From the IMG/VR virus record IMGVR_UViG_3300029847_000090: a DNA stretch of 4,556 nt; one strand, given 5' to 3'. The stretch is from a virus. Taxonomy: Duplodnaviria > Heunggongvirae > Uroviricota > Caudoviricetes. A program made the translations under genes and the position numbers. Shown piece by piece: positions 1 to 4,556 of the stretch (the first letter of the stretch is position 1; each line of letters opens with the position of its first letter). The notes under the pieces are model-generated. The model was not told where the DNA came from, made no database searches, and saw nothing but the letters and a program-made list of their open reading frames with translations.

Positions 1-160
1 CGTAGGGTGTGCCGTCCGGGGCTTTCTGTGCCATCACCCGACGCTGCTGACTCTGCCGCAGACGCTTCGCCAGCTCTGCACTCAGCCGCCGACGCCCTGA
101 CGGTGACAGCGACTCAATAAGTCCGGTCAGCCGGTCTTCAAAACGCTTAAACTCATTCAT
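1..160 (-). CDS. S: Tail completion / virion morphogenesis protein gpS, 5' part only (C-terminus lies beyond window start)
   Basis: ATG at 160..158 (minus). Hand translation of 160->1 gives MNEFKRFEDRLTGLIESLSPSGRRRLSAELAKRLRQSQQRRVMAQKAPDGTPY with no stop before the window edge. Start overlaps the end of R by 8 nt (ATGAATGA). Position immediately after R matches P2 order; I recognise the N-terminus as P2 gpS-like. Confidence 0.8.
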   Translation of the reverse strand, partial: MNEFKRFEDRLTGLIESLSPSGRRRLSAELAKRLRQSQQRRVMAQKAPDGTPY

Positions 161-620
161 CCCACTTACTCACCAGTTCGCCATTGATATAAAGCTCCAT
201 CGGGCGGGTGACCGGCTCCGGCGGCGGGGGTTCCGGGATATTCTTCACATGCAGTGCGCCGTCGACCTCACTGACCAGCGTGCGCTCGGTCAGCATCAGG
301 CTGATGCTGACATCAAAGCTGCTGTCATTGTTGATGTCTGCATAAAACGTGAAGCCCTTTTTCTGGCCTTCGTCGGTGGTCATGATGTCTGGCTGATTTT
401 CCCGCAGCCACGCCAGCACCGGCACAATGAGCAGGTCAAAATCACCGGTAAAGTCGGTCACAATCACATTGAGCGTGTAACGCTTTTCGAATGACATAGA
501 CGTCGCCAGTGTGGAGGCAATACTCCCGTTATCCACGAATATCCGCAGCATCTCGGGACTGGTTTTCAGCACCGTGACGGCGTCAGTCAGCGCCCTGCGC
601 AGGCTGTCGGGTTTGAGCAT
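153..620 (-). CDS. R: Tail completion protein gpR (155 aa)
   Basis: ORF 153..620 (-), ATG at 620..618 with AGGA about 8 nt upstream. Length of 155 aa and position after the spanin genes match P2 gpR. Confidence 0.85.
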   Translation of the reverse strand: MLKPDSLRRALTDAVTVLKTSPEMLRIFVDNGSIASTLATSMSFEKRYTLNVIVTDFTGDFDLLIVPVLAWLRENQPDIMTTDEGQKKGFTFYADINNDSSFDVSISLMLTERTLVSEVDGALHVKNIPEPPPPEPVTRPMELYINGELVSKWDE

Positions 621-873
621 CGTTTTCGTCCTGACAGTGTTTAATCATTTTTACCTGGNNNNNNNNNNNNNNCAGCGCGTTCTCAAGCTGCCGGATATCA
701 GCACTTAAATCGCCGTTCGTCTGCGGGTCACTGCCCGGCATCGGGCAAAGGCTCACTTTCGGGCAGGCGTTGGCGACAATCACTGGCGTCGGTGCAGGCC
801 GGACGCTGGTGCAACCGGCGCACAACATCAGGCAGGTCAGCGCCGTACCAGCGGCGAAAATCTTCGTTTTCAT
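583..873 (-). CDS. lysC: LysC, Rz1-like outer-membrane lipoprotein spanin (o-spanin); reading frame crosses a 14-N gap
   Basis: ATG at 873..871 with GAGG about 8 nt upstream, in the +1 frame inside lysB. N-terminus MKTKIFAAGTALTCLMLCAGCTSVRPAPTPVIV has a signal peptide, a lipobox-like LCAGC and a proline-rich segment typical of Rz1-type proteins. With the Ns counted as real bases, 873..583 is 291 nt (96 aa plus stop), matching my recollection of P2 LysC length. The 3' end is uncertain because of the gap at 659..672. Confidence 0.6.
   Translation of the reverse strand: MKTKIFAAGTALTCLMLCAGCTSVRPAPTPVIVANACPKVSLCPMPGSDPQTNGDLSADIRQLENALXXXXXQVKMIKHCQDENDAQTRQPAQGAD
659..672. other. Run of 14 N (assembly gap or masked bases)
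   Basis: Literal n characters at 659..672 in the sequence. Confidence 0.99.
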
Positions 874-1153
874 TGAGTAACCTCGTGATGGTTTTCTCGC
901 GCTGTGCTTCACGCTTCGCGGCGTTCTCCAGTTCCTGACGCAGTACCATCTGCGCCAGCTCGTTTTTGTCTGCTCTGGTGAGGGCAACATGAAGCTGATT
1001 TTTCAGCATGGTGATGGTCGTCTGCTGCCCGCTGGCGACGTTGTTCGCCCTGTCCAGCGAGGCGCGCAGGCTGGCATTTTTATGTTTCACCAGAAACAGC
1101 CCCGCCACCGCCAGCGATAACAACACAACCAGTACAATCATCAGCTTTGACAT
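728..1153 (-). CDS. lysB: LysB, Rz-like inner-membrane spanin (i-spanin), 141 aa
   Basis: ATG at 1153..1151. N-terminal transmembrane segment MSKLMIVLVVLLSLAVAGLFLV followed by a charged, coiled-coil-like region (ELENAAKREAQREKTITRLLNENEDFRRW). Start overlaps the end of lysA by 13 nt. Length and position match P2 LysB. Confidence 0.85.
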   Translation of the reverse strand: MSKLMIVLVVLLSLAVAGLFLVKHKNASLRASLDRANNVASGQQTTITMLKNQLHVALTRADKNELAQMVLRQELENAAKREAQREKTITRLLNENEDFRRWYGADLPDVVRRLHQRPACTDASDCRQRLPESEPLPDAGQ

Positions 1154-1562
1154 GGTTCCCGCCCCTCAAAACGCTGACGGCAGGCCGTACGTATCAGCCG
1201 GAAGAACACCGACGCCACGAGGTAAATCAGCGCAGTAAAAATCCACCCGGCAGCGACCAGCGAGATAAACGTCGCCACCATCACCACCAGAGCCGCCGTC
1301 TGCGCCACGGCACCGGCTGCAAAAACAGCGACGTGACAATCTTCACGGCCAGCGATTCCGGCGGCAGCTCCCGCCCGTAGCGTTCCAGCACATACTCCGT
1401 GGCATACACGCCGACACCACCGGCAACCACACAGATAACCGTCGCCAGAATCGCCCAGGTGGCGACAAAACTGACGGCCACGCTCTGCGGGTAAATCAGG
1501 GACAGTGCCAGCATCAGCGCCAGCGACACGTTCAGCATCAGTGAAAGGGATAATTTCTTCAT
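1141..1562 (-). pseudogene. lysA: LysA (lysis-timing membrane protein), split across two reading frames as assembled; true pseudogene or sequencing error
   Basis: ATG at 1562..1560 with GGAG about 9 nt upstream, directly after the K stop. The 93-aa ORF 1281..1562 encodes two hydrophobic helices, then stops at 1283..1281. The hydrophobic C-terminal part (VAVFAAGAVAQTAALVVMVATFISLVAAGWIFTALIYLVASVFF...) continues in another frame, ending at the stop 1143..1141. The span 1141..1562 is 422 nt, not a multiple of 3. Restoring one base would give a roughly 140-aa four-helix protein of LysA size. Confidence 0.6.
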
Positions 1563-1576
1563 GGTGTTTACTCCGT

Positions 1577-2074
1577 TTAAGCCGGTACGCCGCCGGCGGT
1601 ACGCCAGACGGTGACCAGTTTTTCCAGTGAATGCTCACGCTGACCGTAACCGGCTCCCGGCAGGGACGCCCAGATATTGCGACAGCGTGAAATGGCGCGC
1701 TCAATACGTCCCGCCCGGATGTCATCCAGCGCACCGCGTTCGCGGATCAACTGAATGGCGAGTCTGTCCTGTGACAACGGACTGAAATCCGGCAGGGCAA
1801 GCTGTTTGCGGTAGTGCGGCCAGAACAGGTAAAGCTGCTGATAGCGACCGGAGGCCGTGGACTTTTCACCGCGACGGTTAAACACCTTCGCCGGTCGGCC
1901 ATGCGCGAACGGGTGGTCACTGTAGTCGGTGAAGATTTCCGGCTTTCCGTCCAGTCCGGTGACTATCACGTCATAGCCCCGGTTTTTCGTCAGCGGATGA
2001 TTCGCCGTCCCTTCGGACACGGCCAGCATGTCGAGAAAGGCAGCGATATTCTGATGCGTGTTAATTACCGGCAT
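1577..2074 (-). CDS. K: Endolysin (phage lysozyme) gpK, 165 aa
   Basis: ORF 1577..2074 (-), ATG at 2074..2072 overlapping the Y stop as TAATG. I recognise the sequence (MPVINTHQNIAAFLDMLAVSEGT...) as P2 gpK-like lysozyme. Sits in the holin-endolysin-LysA-LysB/C lysis cassette. Confidence 0.9.
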   Translation of the reverse strand: MPVINTHQNIAAFLDMLAVSEGTANHPLTKNRGYDVIVTGLDGKPEIFTDYSDHPFAHGRPAKVFNRRGEKSTASGRYQQLYLFWPHYRKQLALPDFSPLSQDRLAIQLIRERGALDDIRAGRIERAISRCRNIWASLPGAGYGQREHSLEKLVTVWRTAGGVPA

Positions 2075-2355
2075 TACGGTTTCCCCCTGCCCTTAAAGCG
2101 GCGCTGAATGGCAATCTCAATCACCTGATAACCGGCGATACCCAGCATGGAGCCGATGCCGCACACCGCAGGCAGTGACAGGTCAGGAAACTGCACCAGA
2201 ACAACACCGGCAACCATCGAGACAAAACCACCGAGCAACATGCGCCCGATAAACAGACGCGGGGTGATGGGTTCACCACCGGCAAGCACCTTGCCGACAA
2301 CAATCAGCACCCCAATCATGAAAAGCGACAGGACGCTTTTTTCTTCTGCTGTCAT
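2074..2355 (-). CDS. Y: Holin gpY, 93 aa
   Basis: ORF 2074..2355 (-), ATG at 2355..2353 with GGGAG 6-10 nt upstream. Small protein with hydrophobic helices and a charged C-terminal tail (RRFKGRGKP). Immediately upstream of the endolysin, as in P2. Confidence 0.88.
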   Translation of the reverse strand: MTAEEKSVLSLFMIGVLIVVGKVLAGGEPITPRLFIGRMLLGGFVSMVAGVVLVQFPDLSLPAVCGIGSMLGIAGYQVIEIAIQRRFKGRGKP

Positions 2356-2358
2356 GCG

Positions 2359-2562
2359 TTACTCCCACAGATTGACAGTTTCAGCCACGGGCGCGGTCTG
2401 AACGTCGGGCAGTTCGACGGCGGTGCCGTGTGGCAGCACCGCACCCAGTTCAGCCAGTCCCGGATTTGCGGCGAGCACGGTCTCAACCACGCCCTCAGTG
2501 CGCCCGTAATACCGGACACAAATGGCGTCGAGCGTGTCGCCCTGTAGCGCAAAGGTCTTCAT
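2359..2562 (-). CDS. X: Tail protein gpX (67 aa, LysM-like)
   Basis: ATG at 2562..2560 overlapping the L stop by one base (TGATG). Protein MKTFALQGDTLDAICVRYYGRTEGVVETVLAANPGLAELGAVLPHGTAVELPDVQ... has a LysM-type GDTL...ANP motif. The 67-aa length matches P2 gpX. The 90-aa ORF in the track is an upstream extension with no support. Confidence 0.85.
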   Translation of the reverse strand: MKTFALQGDTLDAICVRYYGRTEGVVETVLAANPGLAELGAVLPHGTAVELPDVQTAPVAETVNLWE

Positions 2563-3071
2563 CAGATTTGACTCACGATGCAGCGCGGCTTGTCCTGGAT
2601 ACGCGCCACCGCCCAGCGCATATCCCGCCACAGTTCATCAATGGTGCTGTCAATGCTGTCGGCCTTCTTGTCGCCTTTCGCACTGGCATCCACGCCGCGA
2701 TAACGCTCATAAAGCGACGCGGTCGCCATCGCACACACGGCGCGCTCGTAGTAAAAAACTTTGATGCTTTCACCGTCGATGTCGTCCGCCGGAACGTCCG
2801 CCAGACGCGTAAAACCGGCGGCAATTTTCTGTTCGCGGTACTCGTACAGCTCCGCATTCGTCTCCGCCATGCCTGACTTGATGGCCTCACGCAGACGGGC
2901 GGGGGCGACGGTCTGCTCAAGGCGCATACGTTCCCGGACGCGCTTCGGGTCGATATCGGGAAAAAAGAACGTGTTTTTAATCACCGGCTCGTCGCCTGCC
3001 GGTTGCGGGATGACCACCGTACCCTCACCGGACACGGGAGCCTCCTTTCGCGGAATAATCAGCGTCATCAT
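2562..3071 (-). CDS. L: Head completion / stabilisation protein gpL (169 aa)
   Basis: ATG ATG at 3071..3066 with GAGG 6-9 nt upstream. Gives 169 aa (MMTLIIPRKEAPVSGEG...), matching P2 gpL length. The track's 189-aa version starts at a GTG at 3131 with no ribosome-binding site. Confidence 0.85.
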   Translation of the reverse strand: MMTLIIPRKEAPVSGEGTVVIPQPAGDEPVIKNTFFFPDIDPKRVRERMRLEQTVAPARLREAIKSGMAETNAELYEYREQKIAAGFTRLADVPADDIDGESIKVFYYERAVCAMATASLYERYRGVDASAKGDKKADSIDSTIDELWRDMRWAVARIQDKPRCIVSQI

Positions 3072-3170
3072 GACTACCTCTGAAAAGTCGGGCGGTGGAC
3101 GCCGGTGCAGTGTCAGGTGATTCACCCTCACTGACCGGCGTGCCGCCCTGGCGCGGGGCGCATTCGGTTG

Positions 3171-3914
3171 TTAACTGGCTTTCTTTTTCGGGCGTCCACG
3201 TTTTGCCGGTGTCACGCTCCGGGTCTTACGCGGGGCGCGGGTGACCGCTTTGGGCTGCGGCTCCGGCTTCGGTTTCAGCTCCCGCTCCAGTCGTTCAATC
3301 TCTTTTTTGACGCCTGCCTGACAGTCGAGCTGTGTCGCACGTTGCAGGTGAGCCAGCGCACCGGCGGCATCACCAGCGTCACGCAGAAACAGACCGGTGA
3401 TTTTGTGCAGCTTTGCGCGCACTTCATCAGGCATGTCAGCCGTGGCGGTCAGTTCAAGGGTCTCCGTCAGCAGGCGGATATCCACAGATTCACCGGCAGC
3501 GTGGGCACGCATGGCCGCGAGTGCGACCTCCTCGGTGAACATGTACGGCGGGGTGCGGCGGTGTTTACCCGGCATGGTCAGACCGTACTTCAGGGCATAA
3601 CGGGCAATCTCCAGCGCACCGGCAATATCGCCGGTATCCAGACGCCACAGCATGACCGTCATCAGAATGTCATCCTGTGCACCTTTGCCCTGCTCCAGCA
3701 CACCGTTCACCCACGGCAACCAGAACGGCAGCAGTTCGCGTTTTTTCGCGGCCTTCAGCTCTTTTGAATAAATCGCTTTCAGTGTGCGCTGGTCTGCGGC
3801 GAGCTTAACCAGCATCTGCTCATAGACAGTTGCATGTCGCAGCGGGGCGGCTTCCCGCTGCGCGGTCATCGCTGCCGAGACCCGCATCATGTGGCGCTGT
3901 GCGGGACTCGTCAT
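3171..3914 (-). CDS. M: Terminase small (endonuclease) subunit gpM, 247 aa
   Basis: ORF 3171..3914 (-), ATG at 3914..3912 with GGGAG about 9 nt upstream. Basic C-terminal tail (RKTRSVTPAKRGRPKKKAS). Length and position after the capsid gene match P2 gpM. Confidence 0.88.
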   Translation of the reverse strand: MTSPAQRHMMRVSAAMTAQREAAPLRHATVYEQMLVKLAADQRTLKAIYSKELKAAKKRELLPFWLPWVNGVLEQGKGAQDDILMTVMLWRLDTGDIAGALEIARYALKYGLTMPGKHRRTPPYMFTEEVALAAMRAHAAGESVDIRLLTETLELTATADMPDEVRAKLHKITGLFLRDAGDAAGALAHLQRATQLDCQAGVKKEIERLERELKPKPEPQPKAVTRAPRKTRSVTPAKRGRPKKKAS

Positions 3915-3917
3915 CGG

Positions 3918-4556
3918 TTACGCTCCCGGCTCTGCGGTCGCTTTAGCCGGTGTGGAGAAATCACCGACCTTAATTTTTTCCACCAGACAACCGGCGGCGT
4001 AGTCCTCCACCACGTAATCAATGTTCATTGACTCGTAGTTCTCCACGCGGTCGAGTTTCGGGTTTTCCTCAATCACGCGGCGATGGCTGTCATCCATGTA
4101 GTAGATGGACAGGTTTTCCAGCTTCGTGATGAGCATCGCATCCGCCGGGAAGTACGGGACGCGTACCGCCGGCAGGTTGCCGATGCGTTTCTGGCTGATG
4201 ATGACGTCAGCGGCCAGCATTTCGCTGTTGTCCTGCTCCTTGTTGACGATGGGGAAATACTTGTCCGCCAGTAGCTGACGTCCCACAATCACCACAAGGT
4301 CAGGGTCTTCCTGATACCACGGTTCAATCAGGTTGTTGGTTGCATCCATCACCAGTGCATCGAGGCTGGCATAATCACCGCCCTTACCCACGCGGATGAC
4401 CTCAGAGGTGGTGCTGCCTTCCTCGTCAGTGACCTTGCTCATCACGCGAGCCGGGGCTTCATTGCGGTATTTCTGCAGCCAGCCGACCGCCACATCCTGC
4501 AGCATCGGGTTACTGCTGCGGTCAGAGGTTTCGACACGCTTCACACCGTTAAAACC
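3918..4556 (-). CDS. N: Major capsid protein gpN, 3' part only (N-terminus lies beyond window end)
   Basis: Frame is open from the window edge to the stop at 3920..3918. The 'M' at 4544 in the track is an internal GTG valine; the four codons above it (GFNG) are in frame. Sequence recognised as P2-family major capsid C-terminal region. Stop is 3 nt upstream of the M start. Confidence 0.88.
   Translation of the reverse strand, partial: GFNGVKRVETSDRSSNPMLQDVAVGWLQKYRNEAPARVMSKVTDEEGSTTSEVIRVGKGGDYASLDALVMDATNNLIEPWYQEDPDLVVIVGRQLLADKYFPIVNKEQDNSEMLAADVIISQKRIGNLPAVRVPYFPADAMLITKLENLSIYYMDDSHRRVIEENPKLDRVENYESMNIDYVVEDYAAGCLVEKIKVGDFSTPAKATAEPGA

Noticed and set aside
249-494. 81-aa plus-strand ORF, plus further plus-strand ORFs at 511..708, 1008..1238, 1147..1380, 1814..2107, 2147..2401, 3397..3600, 3834..4031 and 4083..4274
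   Set aside because: All lie antisense to the minus-strand phage genes (R, lysB, lysA, K, Y, M, N), and 511..708 crosses the N gap. No independent support.
1141-1734. 197-aa minus-strand ORF as a single gene
   Set aside because: Its N-terminal ~150 codons overlap the K endolysin and the 5' half of lysA in another frame and are Arg/Gly/Ala/Cys-rich junk. Only the C-terminal hydrophobic segment (about 1141..1330) looks real, and I assign it to the 3' part of frameshifted lysA.
2121-2303. 60-aa Cys-rich minus-strand ORF
   Set aside because: Nested in an alternative frame inside holin gpY, with no ribosome-binding site; frame artefact.
2563-2631. Extended gpX start at 2631 (90-aa version)
   Set aside because: The extension is the out-of-frame 3' end of L. 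The ATG at 2562 overlapping the L stop gives the expected 67-aa protein.
2430-2876. 148-aa plus-strand ORF, plus neighbouring plus-strand ORFs at 2522..2764 and 2761..3120
   Set aside because: Antisense to gpL and gpX. Arg/His/Pro-rich composition; shadow ORFs.
3116-3126. Palindrome GGTGAtTCACC as a regulatory operator
   Set aside because: A 5-1-5 palindrome is expected by chance several times in 4.5 kb. I know of no P2 late-operon regulator that would bind here, and no Ogr-type TGT-N12-ACA late-promoter motif is present in the spacer. Kept only as a note under the M-L spacer finding.
3072-3131. Extended gpL start at 3131 (189-aa version)
   Set aside because: The codon at 3131..3129 is GTG with no Shine-Dalgarno sequence. 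The ATG at 3071 has a GAGG ribosome-binding site and gives the expected 169-aa product.
3168-3767. 199-aa plus-strand ORF
   Set aside because: Lies entirely antisense to the well-supported gpM gene. It is Arg/Gly/Thr/Gln-rich low-complexity sequence, typical of a shadow ORF in GC-rich coding DNA, and has no ribosome-binding site context.
1-4556. Defence system, toxin-antitoxin pair, CRISPR array, tRNA or IS element
   Set aside because: Every substantial ORF is accounted for by a P2 structural or lysis gene, there are no direct repeat arrays or terminal inverted repeats, and the only non-coding stretches are the 97-nt M-L spacer and the gap-containing region between lysB and R.

Overview
The whole window is one minus-strand block of the late operon of a P2-family (Peduovirus-like) temperate phage or prophage, in canonical P2 gene order. 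Read 5'->3' on the minus strand: major capsid protein gpN (N-terminally truncated by the window edge), terminase small subunit gpM, head completion protein gpL, tail protein gpX, holin gpY, endolysin gpK, LysA, LysB/LysC spanin pair, tail completion gpR, and the start of gpS. Identifications rest on my recognition of the translated ORFs and their order, not on a database search. I see no inserted cargo, defence system, toxin-antitoxin pair, RNA gene, CRISPR array or IS element; this is a conserved structural/lysis module, not an accessory island. The points worth a second look are an apparent frameshift splitting lysA, a 14-N gap inside the lysC reading frame upstream of R, and a 97-nt spacer between M and L in an otherwise overlapping operon. 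GC content is high (about 60% by eye) with GC-rich third positions, which explains the long antisense ORFs on the plus strand.
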